64,000 nt of DNA, from NCBI GenBank assembly GCA_964016885.1, contig OZ024742.1, forward strand, positions 332,382,001 through 332,446,000, given 5' to 3'. The stretch is from Eledone cirrhosa (Eukaryota). Of this stretch, positions 1 to 14,369 are shown piece by piece. How positions within the stretch are numbered: the first letter of the stretch is position 1; each line of letters starts with the position of its first letter. Made by a program: the position numbers and the translations under genes. The notes under the pieces are model-generated. The model worked only from the letters and a program-made list of their open reading frames with translations, did not search any database and was not told the DNA's origin.

Positions 1-30
1 TGATGAGTTGTAACAACAACGAAACTAGTT
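1..30 (+). ncRNA. Minimal hammerhead-like core cut by the window edge
   Basis: (C)TGATGA, stem II GTTGT/ACAAC, GAAA, palindromic CTAG, then TT. The 5' strand of stem I lies outside the window. Confidence 0.5.
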
Positions 31-258
31 CAATATTCCTTGTCTGGCTTTCTGGAGAATAGAGGAAAGGTGTTTCCTCAAAAACCAGTATGACTCTAAA
101 AACCGGTTTGTCTGTGTGTTTACATACAGAATAGCTGGATACTCACAGTAAAGTAACCAGTGAAAGACTTGGTACATCTACATATGTATACGTGTGTGTA
201 TTCATATGCATACTAGTATTTCAGTATACATATATGGATGTACATTTTTAACTTAATT

Positions 259-287
<29 letters not shown>

Positions 288-295
<8 letters not shown>

Positions 296-534
296 TAACA
301 GATTAAAGGTTAAGCAAAGAATCGGTGCTTTCACCCTTAACGGGATCCTCTGAAACTAAAAAAATAGATTTGCTTAGTTTCAGAAGATCCCGTTAAGAGT
401 GAAAGCAGCGATTCTTTGCGTTAAACTTTAATTTGTTATTTTAATAAATATTTGCTCTATGTTTCTTATATATTTGATATATATTTATCCTTATCGATCC
501 CTCTTTGGATTTTAGTCTTCAAATTTATTATTTT

Positions 535-538
<4 letters not shown>
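288..538 (+). mobile_element. PLE-derived fold-back hairpin, family A (inverted arm + HHR-containing pLTR + tail)
   Basis: About 288-359 is the reverse complement of about 374-445, followed by a unique tail to 538, flanked by (TA)n. Homologous to 3806-4045, 20492-20760, 39213-39507 and the tail fragment at about 36654-36701. Confidence 0.8.
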
Positions 539-594
<56 letters not shown>

Positions 595-635
595 GTGCGT
601 GTGTGTATGTGTGTGAATGCGTATTTATAATAACT

Positions 636-833
636 GTTCTACTTTAGGCACAAGACCAGCAATTTGAAGGAAGGGGAAAGTCGATTAAATCGACCACACT
701 GTATTACTGGTGCTTTATTTTATTGACATCGTAAGGATGAAAAGCCAATTTAACCTCGGCGGGATTTGAACACAGTACGTAAAGGTCTAATACACTATGC
801 TGCAAAGCATGGTGTCTGACGCTCTACCGATAA
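636..833 (-). mobile_element. tRNA-derived SINE (octopus OK-like)
   Basis: Reverse complement of the SINE at 5505 (B-box GTGTTCAAATCC, TTTTCATCCTTACG, 3' TTGTGCCTAAAGTAGAAC). Confidence 0.75.
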
Positions 834-1359
834 TTATTTTCATCATCATCTTGATATCTAAAGCACCAAGCCAAGCTTAAACTATTTCGCACATGAATAT
901 GTGTATTTGCGCGTTTTGGGGTCTGTTTGAGTGTATGTTTGTATGACTTCCTCACATAGTGAGAAATATGTAGTATAAAGAAAATCAGACATACATATGA
1001 TAGAAATAAATACACTCAATGAAGGAGAAACAGCAAGTCAGCTAAATATGTAAATAGATAATTTAGATATATGAATTGTTGCATGGATATGTAGACACTC
1101 AATACTCATCGGATTCTCAAACTTGATATCATTTCTACTCTTTAATCACTTTTCTTATTATTATTCTACACCAGATCCTTCACTTTCTATTGGGCGTGAA
1201 TATTTTTACTGTACACACACATTGTCTTAATTTTGTGCATGCATTTTGTCATAAACGTGTCTTCTTATTTCAAAATACTTTACATTTAAATTTGATTCAA
1301 ATATTTCGTGTCGATTTGACCTATACATACACACACACACACACACACAGACTCTCACC

Positions 1360-1433
<74 letters not shown>

Positions 1434-1471
1434 ATCTGTCTATCTATGGATTTATCTATCTCTCTCTCTAT

Positions 1472-1537
<66 letters not shown>

Positions 1538-1540
1538 TAA

Positions 1541-1621
<81 letters not shown>

Positions 1622-1627
<6 letters not shown>

Positions 1628-1765
1628 TAGATCACTTGAAGGTAATATCCGTAGTGGTAGAGCACTCAGTCCATGGGATGAGTTTGGTAGAAGTAGTAAC
1701 ACAACAGTTAGTTCACCATACCAAGAACAATTGTTAAACCTTATGGTGAACTTCAGTCATAGCTG

Positions 1766-1769
<4 letters not shown>
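1622..1769 (-). mobile_element. PLE 3' terminus/tail fragment, family I
   Basis: Matches 31179-31295 (GAAGGTAATATCCGTAGTGGTAGAGCACTCAGTCC...CACAACAGTTAGTTCACCATACC). Confidence 0.7.
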
Positions 1770-1827
<58 letters not shown>

Positions 1828-1831
<4 letters not shown>

Positions 1832-2254
1832 AAAGAATAGAGGTGTAACACACAAGTTATTATATATTGGTAAACGGAATAGAAAATGCTGACAAATTGT
1901 TCACAGTTGAAAAATGGTTTAATTAGGAATAAAAGAGTATTAGTGATTGTATGGGTTAGTATTCAGTTGTTGTTTTAAGTTTTTAAGTTTTTACCGGTTG
2001 CGCATTTCTAAATGCTTTTCAAAAATAATTTTGAGATAGAGTGTCCGTGCTGTTTGCTCTGATCAGAGCAAACAGCATGGACACTCTATCTCAAAATTTT
2101 TTTTGAAAAGCATTTCTAAATGCGCAACCGGTAAAAACTTAAAAACTTAAAACCACAACTGAATACTAACCCATACAATCACTAATACTCTTTTATTCCT
2201 AATTAAACCATTTTTCAACTGTTAACAATTTGTCATCATTTTCTATTCCGTTTA

Positions 2255-2260
<6 letters not shown>
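1828..2260 (-). mobile_element. PLE-derived near-perfect ~400 bp hairpin, family B
   Basis: Arms at about 1865-2062 and 2063-2260, centred on CTCTGATCAGAG; unique tail 1828-1860; (TA)n flanks. A one-armed copy lies at 34406-34630. Confidence 0.85.
2099..2137 (+). ncRNA. Variant hammerhead ribozyme (UUGAAAA / GCAA core), family B
   Basis: TTTT-TTGAAAA-GCATTT ct AAATGC-GCAA-CCGG-TA-AAAA. The same core is in the mirrored arm and at about 34448-34478. Confidence 0.55.
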
Positions 2261-2309
<49 letters not shown>

Positions 2310-2442
2310 CGAAAAAAAGATGTAATCGAAAATGCAACTGGAGTCTTATTTTAAAAAAAATATAAATATATTTATTTGGTTCTTTTACCGATTTCCCGGT
2401 TCTTCTGCTTTTCAAAAGTAGTGTTGAGATGGACGGCCTGAC
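2310..2442 (-). mobile_element. PLE pLTR fragment, family K
   Basis: Reverse complement of about 13472-13596, including TTGAAAA-GCAGAAGAAC..GAAA.CGGTA. Confidence 0.7.
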
Positions 2443-2462
2443 TATATATGTATATATATATA

Positions 2463-2595
2463 GGAACGAGTAGGACCCCGGCGGCTGAGCTCAACCGTCG
2501 GGGTCCTACTCGTTCCTATTACCCACTCTACTACCCTAAGTATTGAGTACTTTGGTGCGTTATGGTCCACCTAGTTCCTACCCACATCGCCTTCG

Positions 2596-2598
<3 letters not shown>
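2463..2598 (+). mobile_element. PLE-derived hairpin + tail, family D (centre deleted)
   Basis: GGAACGAGTAGGACCCC ... GGGGTCCTACTCGTTCC plus tail. Homologous to 35108-35299, 36425-36617, 62580-62757 and 5249-5298. Confidence 0.8.
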
Positions 2599-2642
<44 letters not shown>

Positions 2643-2653
2643 ATATATATATA

Positions 2654-2923
2654 TTAATGTAGGAGGTGAGTTTTATTGTAGTACAATAAAGCACTGCAGA
2701 TATCGGATAAGAAGCACTCTACAGTTTGTAGGACTGGAGTATACATAATATATAAGAAAAAAAGTTGATTTAAAACTGAACTATCCACAAGTGTTTTTTA
2801 ACCTTCATATCATGCCTTCCCGTTTTATCTGATGAAAACACAAATATTATTGCATGATGATATTTGTTTTTGAAATGCGCATAATAAAATACATGGAACT
2901 CTTTTAACCATCTTTTGTTCTTA
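2654..2923 (+). mobile_element. Short HHR-bearing non-autonomous PLE-like element, family C
   Basis: (TA)n-flanked. A second copy is on the minus strand at 13741-13946 with the same ends and an internal deletion. Confidence 0.75.
2823..2889 (+). ncRNA. Type I hammerhead ribozyme, family C
   Basis: Stem I TTTTAT/ATAAAA, CTGATGA (2829-2835), long stem II, GAAA (2872-2875), palindromic TGCGCA, UA cleavage site. Minus copy at 13775-13841. Confidence 0.8.
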
Positions 2924-3381
2924 TATATTATATATATATTATATATATTTATATATATATATAATATATATATATATATATTATATACTTGACATAACTA
3001 TTATCATCTTATATTCTCTCAACTAATCACATTTGATCATATTTCTCTATCCCGTTTTCTCCCCGCATAATTATAATATTTTTATTTTTATTTGAAAAAA
3101 TCGGTTTTTTTACATTGTGTTTTCCCCTCCAAATATTCGCTTATATTTCTTTATATATTCTCTATATATATTTTTTTTACATATATATATTTTTTTAAAT
3201 CTTTATTATTTCCACTTTTATCCTCCTTTATATTTTAACTTATTCTTACTTTTTTACCTTATTATAGTGTAATCTTCCCCATGCCTTATTATACACTATT
3301 AATTATAGATTATTATTATTACTCTTTTTCCATTTCTAATTACCTCATGTACTTTCTCCTCCGCTATATATATATATATAT

Positions 3382-3718
3382 TGTATGCCCTTTGTGTTTG
3401 TGTAGCCTCTGCACACCCTCTGCACCATACTATCGACGCCACACCATCTATGGTTCAGCTAACCACTCGACTCCCGGGAATGAATATGACCGCAGCTAGT
3501 AAACAAGGACCCACACCCCACCTTCCCGCACCAAAATTAGACTTATCGTCCACTACTTTTGCTCTTTACTCTTTGTTCTTGAATGTTTGGTTGGTAGAGT
3601 CCATAACACCAATCAAACCCCTTTTATAGCTCTGACGAATCCTACGGTTACGTAAGGAAGAAACATTGTAAGCTAATAAAAATCTGTTGATGTTGTAGAC
3701 GCTCTTGTGTTCTTTATC
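3382..3718 (+). mobile_element. HHR-bearing PLE 3' end, family G
   Basis: (TA)n-flanked; near-identical minus-strand copy at 34678-35023. Confidence 0.8.
3627..3675 (+). ncRNA. Type I hammerhead ribozyme, family G
   Basis: TAGCT-CTGACGA-a TCCTACG gtta CGTAAGGA a-GAAA-CATTG-TA-AGCTA. Minus copy at 34722-34770. Confidence 0.85.
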
Positions 3719-3721
3719 ATA

Positions 3722-3764
<43 letters not shown>

Positions 3765-3805
3765 ATACTAAATATATATATATATATATTATATATATAT
3801 ATATA

Positions 3806-4040
3806 GTAATAATAATAAATGTGAAGACTAAAATCCAAAGAGGGCTCGATAAGGATAAATATATATCAAATATATAAGAATCGTAGAGCAGATATTTATT
3901 AAAATAATCTGTCTTACTCCGCTTGCAACGTTTTTTTAAATATCCAGTTCTGCGTTTACAGATTGACTTTGTTAGTTTCAGAAGATCCCGTTAAGGGTGA
4001 AAGCAGGCATTCTTTGCTTAAACTTTAATCTGTTATTTTA

Positions 4041-4045
<5 letters not shown>
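3806..4045. mobile_element. Family A insertion (inverted tail + plus-strand HHR arm)
   Basis: 3806-3908 is the reverse complement of the family A tail; 3910-4045 matches about 39280-39417. Confidence 0.75.
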
Positions 4046-4073
<28 letters not shown>

Positions 4074-4074
4074 C

Positions 4075-4165
4075 GTTCTTCCGGGTTGAATCGGAGGTAA
4101 CCACAGTAAGTAAGGTACTCAATACATTGAAGAGTATAAAAGTTTTAATATCTCATCTATATTAA

Positions 4166-4168
<3 letters not shown>
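4075..4168 (-). mobile_element. Family E minimal insertion (tail + very short inverted arm)
   Basis: Reverse complement of the tail at 22211-22284, then ATCTCATCTATATTAAAAC (the arm end). Confidence 0.7.
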
Positions 4169-4223
<55 letters not shown>

Positions 4224-4289
4224 GCAAAAGAAACCGAAGAACACTTAGATACTCAAACAGTCTTTATCGCTTACTTTTGCTGCCCATCA

Positions 4290-4808
4290 ATGAAGTCTAA
4301 AATCAGCAATTCTAATCGTACGGGAATAAATCCAGGATGCAGTTGCAGGAAGCCGGATGAATGTCCATTACAGAGCAAATGTAATTCCAAATCCGTTGTA
4401 TATGAGGCCAAAGTGACACCTTTGATTAACAACCGGCCAGCCAGTAGTGAACGATCTGTTGGCATGACTCAGGACAGGATCAAAACCAGGTTTTATGCAC
4501 ATGTCGTTTCTTTTAAACACTCTGAGAAAAGAACAGCAACGGCTCTCGCAAATAAGGTGTGGGATTGCAAAGATAAAAACATCCCGTACTCTATCGATTG
4601 GTCTATTTTACACCATTCGAGGGAATACCAAAGGGGCACAAATAATTTTTCTTTTTGTACCACTGAAAAATTTAGAATTCTACAAAATTTGAAAGCCACT
4701 TCAACTTGCCTGAACTCCAAGACCGAGATCTTCAGATGTTGTACTCACCTGAAATCGCATCTGCTCTGTAATTGGATTGACATTCCTACGATGACTCAAC
4801 CACCTTGA
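4290..4808 (+). pseudogene. GIY-YIG endonuclease of a 5'-truncated Hydra-like Penelope element (upstream tandem copy)
   Basis: CSCRKPDECPLQSKC (CxCx5C), VVYEAKV..SVGMT, K.RFYAH, IDWSIL, LNSKTEIFRCCTH. Highly similar to 12229-12762. Confidence 0.85.
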
Positions 4809-5075
4809 ACATCTTCTCTGCTCTTTACGCCTTACATTCACTGCGATTTTTATTACTCTCTGAACTCACTTTGTGTACCCTTATATTTCTTTTTCTCCCT
4901 TATCTCCCCTTATATTTAAACCTGTTCCTATGTTATTTATTTTCCTTATTCCCCCTACTTTCTACCTTAACCTTTACATACACACCTTTTTTATTTATAG
5001 ATATTTATTTCTCTGTGTATGTATGTATGCATGTGTACATAATTATATATATATATGTATGTATATGTATGTGTG

Positions 5076-5106
<31 letters not shown>

Positions 5107-5504
5107 TTATATGTGTGTCTGTATTTTTATTATCGTGGTGAGGTAACTTTTTGTATATATGTGTGTGTGTGTATATATATATTTATATATATATATATAT
5201 ATATGTATTTATATATATATATATATATGTATTTATATATATATATATAATAGCCGTCGAAACGGCTTGAGCTCTGCCGTCGTGGTCATATTTTTCCTAT
5301 ATAAATATGTATATATGTATATATATTTATATATATATATATTTGTATGGTTGTGTGTGTGTGTATGTATATATGTGTATGTACATGCATAATTACATAC
5401 AGAGTGATTTAATGTTTATTTTAATGATTATTTGCTCCAGGAACTTGTTGAGTGCACTATATCAGCTATAAACATTTATACCTTTATTATTTATTTATTT
5501 ATAA

Positions 5505-5686
5505 TGGTGGATTGGCAGTATCGGTAGAGAGTCGGACGCTATGCTTTCCAGCATAGTTACGTCCCTTTACGGTCTGAGTTCAAATCCCGCCGAGGTTGAC
5601 TTTGCCTTTCATCCTTACGGGGTCGATAAAATAAAGTACCAGTAATGCACTGGGTAATTGATGGCCTTGTGCCAAAAGTAGAAACA
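5505..5686 (+). mobile_element. tRNA-derived SINE (octopus OK-like)
   Basis: A-box TGGCAGTATCGG, B-box GAGTTCAAATCC, body GACTTTGCCTTTCATCCTTACGGGGTCGATAAAATAAAGTACCAG, (TTTA)n tail; more than 12 copies in the window. Confidence 0.85.
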
Positions 5687-6147
5687 ATTATTTATTTATT
5701 TATTTATTATTTGTCGTATTCCCAACTATTTGTTTACCCCTTCCAATTTTTACTTTTATATATATATAATATTTTTGTATTTTCTTATATATATATGTAT
5801 ATATATATATATATATGTATATGTGTGTGTGTACGTATATATTTATATTTATGTATGTGTATTGCTTACCACGTGTGTTTGTATATTTATTTATTTGTGT
5901 CCTTTCCTGTATCGCTGTCAACTTTATAATAATTTTTATTTTCTTTAGTCGTATATTTTTTTTGTTTTTACGTGACGGCCTATTGAAATGTTTGTTCATT
6001 GTTTTTTTTTTCTTATAATTAATTGTGTGTGTGCGTATGTAGGTGTGTGTATATATATATCTATATATATATGTGTGCGTATGTATGCGTGTATATATAT
6101 GTGTATGTATGTGTGTCTATGTATGTGTGTGTATATATATATGTGTA

Positions 6148-9495
<3,348 letters not shown>

Positions 9496-9499
<4 letters not shown>

Positions 9500-9971
9500 A
9501 TTAAATAAATGGAAAACTATATTTATAAAACCATATTTATTTCATTATATATATTTCTGGGATATCATATTAACAATATGCTATGCCTTCATCAGACAAA
9601 ATACAATATAAACAGTTTTATAGACAAATAGGTTCGACATACCGTTATAACACCGACTTCATTTGAAGAGGTTTACGCTGGCTGTAAGGTTTACAGCCAG
9701 CGTAAACCTTTTCAAATGAAGTCGGTGTTATAACGGTATGTCGAACCTATTTGTCTATAAAACTGTTTATATTGTATTTTGTCTGATGAAGGCATAGCAT
9801 ATTGTTAATATGATATCCCAGAAATATATATAATGAAATAAATATGGTTTTATAAATATAGTTTTCCATTTATTTAATATTGTAAATATACTCCAAATAT
9901 TTGTCGAGTGCTTTTATACCAGTTATAAATATTTACTAGTTGTAACCCAACAATTTTAAATATAACTTTCC
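9496..9971 (+). mobile_element. PLE-derived ~390 bp hairpin + tail, family F
   Basis: About 9496-9687 mirrors about 9691-9883; tail to 9971. HHR CTGATGA(9783)...GAAA TATATA TA on the right arm. Confidence 0.85.
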
Positions 9972-10187
9972 ATATATATATATATATATATATATAGATA
10001 GATATATTATATGTATACATATATATACATGTGTTTGTGTATTTATGTGTATGTGTATGTATGGATATATATATATATGTGTGTGTGCATGTGTGTGCGT
10101 ATGTATGTGTGTATATATGTATGTATGTATGTATGTGTATGTACGTGTGTGTATATATATGTTTGTGTATTTATGTGTATGTGTGTG

Positions 10188-10265
<78 letters not shown>

Positions 10266-10413
10266 CGTTATGTGTGTGTGTGTGTGTACATGTGTGTTTA
10301 TCTACTTTTATTTTTATTCTGTATCCTTTCATTCTTCCTTTTCGAGCCCCCCTTTCATATAGATTATATTTTTGTTTTTAAACTCCACCGTCAATAAATA
10401 CACTAGGAATTTC

Positions 10414-10470
10414 TCATGCTGATGACTGAAAGCAAATTGTTCTTGCTTTCAAGAAACCACTGGTAAATGA
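10414..10470 (+). ncRNA. Type I hammerhead ribozyme, family J pLTR
   Basis: TCAT(G)-CTGATGA-ct GAAAGCAA..TTGCTTTC aa-GAAA-CCACTGG-TA-AATGA. Copy at 20304-20360. Confidence 0.75.
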
Positions 10471-10685
10471 AATAATTATCTCATGTTGTTTATTACATAA
10501 CTAATAAGCTCTTTAACCTACATAGAGCACTCTTTTTTCCTGGACCTCTTCAACGGAATTACTTCATTTATACTGCTCCAATCGGGATTGATTGAAGCAT
10601 ATTATATATTATATACATGATTGGCACTTTCCAGCCCGATTAGTTGAGCACTCTATAGTTTTCAGGAATTTAACCAACATAGACC

Positions 10686-12762
10686 ATGGACCTTTATGAA
10701 TTGGATTATTCAATCAAAAATATACCTACTCACTGCTTATAGATAAAATCGAACAAGTCGTTAAAAGAATGAGATGGAAGGCAATGGTTTACGATGCATT
10801 CAATATTCAGTGCTGATACAAATGATTGTTTTGACATAAAATCCCGTAAATATCCTCCTACAATTAAAGACATGGCCAACTTCGAATTAGACCTTGTTAA
10901 TTTAATTAGTGATATGACATTTCGTACTAAACTTTCTAACGATATTTCTAATTTTAAAATTTTACAAACACTTTTGTTCTTTCCGATAAAACTAAAAAAT
11001 CTCTTTGAAGTTAATAGTATTTTGTATAACCAACTTTTAACTCATAGTATCACCAACAAATATCAATTAGCTAACAATAACATCTACAATATATTAATAA
11101 GGAAGCTAAAAACTAGCTAGTTCTTTAAAAATAGAAAACCAGATTGAAAGCCTAGCTAAACGTAAAGTATATATTACTCTTAAAGACCATAAATTAGACT
11201 TTACTAATCGACCTAGCTGTAGACTGATTAACCCGGCTAAATCCGAAGTTGGCCTTGCAAGTAAAAACATTTTAAGAAAAATAATTCTCAAATTAGAACT
11301 AAGACTGACTTATCACAATGGTTAAAAACATCCTCTGTTGTTTCTTGGTTTAATAATATACAAGGTAAAAATAAGTGTAGATTTACCAAATTTGATATTG
11401 TTGATTTTTAACCCTCTATTACTGTTTCCTTATTAACTAAAGCCTTAGATTTGGCAAGACCTTTAATTAATATTTCTAAATTAGAAGAAGACATTATCTT
11501 TCATGCTAGGAAAACTCTACTCTTTACTAATGAAAGTATTTGGGTTAAAGAGCGAGGCCCTGAAAATTATTTTGATGTTGCAATGGGTTCATATGACAGT
11601 GCGGATGTGTGTATCTTAGTAGGATTATTACTTCTCCACACCCTTAAAGAGAAATTTACTTCCCATAATATCGGTCTATACCGTGACGACGGATTGTCAG
11701 TTTCTCATACCAACAACGGCCATAACCTTGATAAATTCCGTAAAGATTTAATCAATACTTTTGCTAACCTAAACCTTAAAATTACTATAGATACGAACCT
11801 TACCAATGCTAACTTTCTTGACATTAATCTTGATCTACTCACTGCCTCTTTTAAACCTTATCATAAACCTAACGAAAATCTAAGATATATACACAAAGAG
11901 TCTTGCCATCCCCCTATAGTTTAAACAAATCTTATTCCCAATATTAGCCGTAGGATTTCTACCTTATCTTCGTCTCTAGACATTTTTAACAAAGCCGCCC
12001 CTTATTATAAAAAAGCCCTTAATAACAGCGGCTTTACAGGAAATATTAAATATTTAACTACTAAAACTAATCACGATAATAGGAAAAGGAAAATTATTTG
12101 GGTTACACCTCCATTCTCTCTAACTGTCAAAACTAATGTACGAAGGAAATTCCTTGACCTCTTAGACAAATATTTTCCCCCTAATCATAGATATTATAAG
12201 ATATGTAATAGAAATGTAGTTAAAATCAGTTACTCTTGCTGCCAATCAATGAAGTCTAAAATCACCAATTCTAATCGTACCAGAATAAATCCAGGATGCA
12301 GTTGCAGGAAGCAGGATGAATGCCCATTACAGGGCACATTTAATACCAAATCCGTTGTATATGAGGCCAAAGAGACACATTTAATTAACAACCAGCCAGG
12401 GGTGATCGATATGTTGGCATGACTCAGGTCAGGTTCAAAACCAGGTTTTATGCACATGTCGCTCCTTTTAAAGACTCTGATAAAAGAACAGCAACGGCTC
12501 TCCCAAATAAGGTGTGGGAATTCAAAGATAAAAACATCCCGTACTATATCGATTGGTCTATTTTAGACCATTCGGGGAATACCAAGGAGGCACAAAGAAT
12601 TATTCTTTGTGTAACACTGAACAATTTAGAATTCTACAAAACTTGAAAGCGACCTCAACTTGCCTGAACTCCAAGACCGAGATCTTCAGATGTTGTCTTC
12701 ACCTGAAATCACATCTGCTCTGTAACTGGATTGACATTCCTACGATGACTCAACCACCTTGA
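10686..12762 (+). pseudogene. PLE RT + GIY-YIG polyprotein, multiple frameshifts
   Basis: MDLYELDYSIKNIP, FELDL, TLKDHK..CRLINPAKSE, FDVAMGSYDSADVC, LYRDDGL, NFLDI, YIHKESCHPP, CSCRKQDECPL, LNSKTEIFRCCLH. Confidence 0.9.
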
Positions 12763-12990
12763 ACTTCTTCTATTCTCTTTACGCCTTACATCCACTACGA
12801 TTTTTATTACTCTCCGAACTCACTTTCTGTACCCTTATATTCTTTTTCTCCGTTATCTCCCCTTATATTTAAACTTTTTCCTATGTTATTTATTTTCCTT
12901 ATTCCCCTCTACTTTCTACCTTAACCTTTACATACCCACCTTTTTTATTTATAGATATGTATTTCTGTGTGTATGTATGTGTTGTGTATA

Positions 12991-13086
<96 letters not shown>

Positions 13087-13368
13087 ACCGTGTGTTTATA
13101 TGTGTATGTGTGTATTTATTATCGTGGTGACGTAACTTTTTGTATATATGTGTGTGTGTATATTAGTGTGTGTATAAATGTGTTTGTAAATGCATAATTA
13201 CATACATAGTGATTTAATGTTTATTTTCATTGATTATTTGCTCCAGGAACGTGTTGAGTGCTCTAAATCAGCTATAAACATTTATTTATTATTTGTTTTA
13301 CTCCCAACTATTTTTTATCCCTTCCACCTTTTTATTTTTATATATATATAATATTTTTGTATTTTCTT

Positions 13369-13452
<84 letters not shown>

Positions 13453-13459
13453 TGTGTGT

Positions 13460-13663
13460 GAGAAAATCCACAGACCCGCCATCTCAACACTCCTTTTGAA
13501 AAGCAGAAGAACTGCGAAACCGGTAAAGGAACCAAATAAATATTTTTTTTTTTTTAAATAAGACTCAAGTTGCATATTCGATTTCATCTTTTTTTCTTTG
13601 TACTTTCACTCGTGTAGGACACCTCGGTTAATTTTCATTTTGTAAAAAAAACTCACTTTCTAA
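13460..13663 (+). mobile_element. PLE 3' end, family K, with U3-A8 variant hammerhead at 13491-13530
   Basis: TCCTT-TTGAAAA-GCAG aagaa CTGC-GAAA-CCGG-TA-AAGGA; followed by (TA)n. Confidence 0.8.
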
Positions 13664-13665
13664 TA

Positions 13666-13740
<75 letters not shown>

Positions 13741-13742
<2 letters not shown>

Positions 13743-13944
13743 AGAACAGAAGATGGTTAAAAGGGTTCCATGTATTTTATTATGCGCATTTCAAAAACAA
13801 ATATCGTCATGCAATAATATTTGTGTTTTCATCAGATAAAACAGGAAGACATGATATGAAGGTTAAAAAACACTTGTGGATAGTGCAGTTTTAAATCAAC
13901 ATATCATTGCTTTATTGTACTACAATAAAACTCACCTCCTACAT

Positions 13945-13946
<2 letters not shown>
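13741..13946 (-). mobile_element. Family C copy with HHR (13775-13841)
   Basis: Reverse complement of 2654-2923, lacking about 55 bp internally. Confidence 0.8.
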
Positions 13947-13976
<30 letters not shown>

Positions 13977-14299
13977 TACATATGTATATGTATACGTGTC
14001 TGTATATGTGTGTGTGTATGTATATATTTATGTGTATGTATGTGTATGTGTAGATGTGTGTATTGCTTACCACGTGTGCTTGTTTATTTATGTATGTCCT
14101 TTCCTGTATCGCTGTCAACTTTATAATAATTTTTATTTTCTTAAGTTCTATATTTTTTTATTTTCATGTGACGGCCTATTGCATTATATGTTTGTAAATT
14201 GATTTTTATTTTATTTTTTCTCATAATTAATTTTGTGTGTGCGTATGTAGGTGTTTGTATATATATCTATATAGGTGTGTGCGTATGTATGCGTGTATA

Positions 14300-14368
<69 letters not shown>

Positions 14369-14369
<1 letters not shown>

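Noticed and set aside
288-445. Hairpin elements as MITEs/DNA transposons with TA target duplications
   Set aside because: The asymmetric tail, variable fold point, HHR content and identical architecture on RT/EN-coding PLEs favour a retroelement origin.
2829-2835. TGATGA/CTGA motifs as box C/D snoRNAs
   Set aside because: The context gives hammerhead stems and GAAA, not terminal C/D pairing.
5505-5600. tRNA gene
   Set aside because: The A/B boxes belong to a multicopy SINE head; no cloverleaf.
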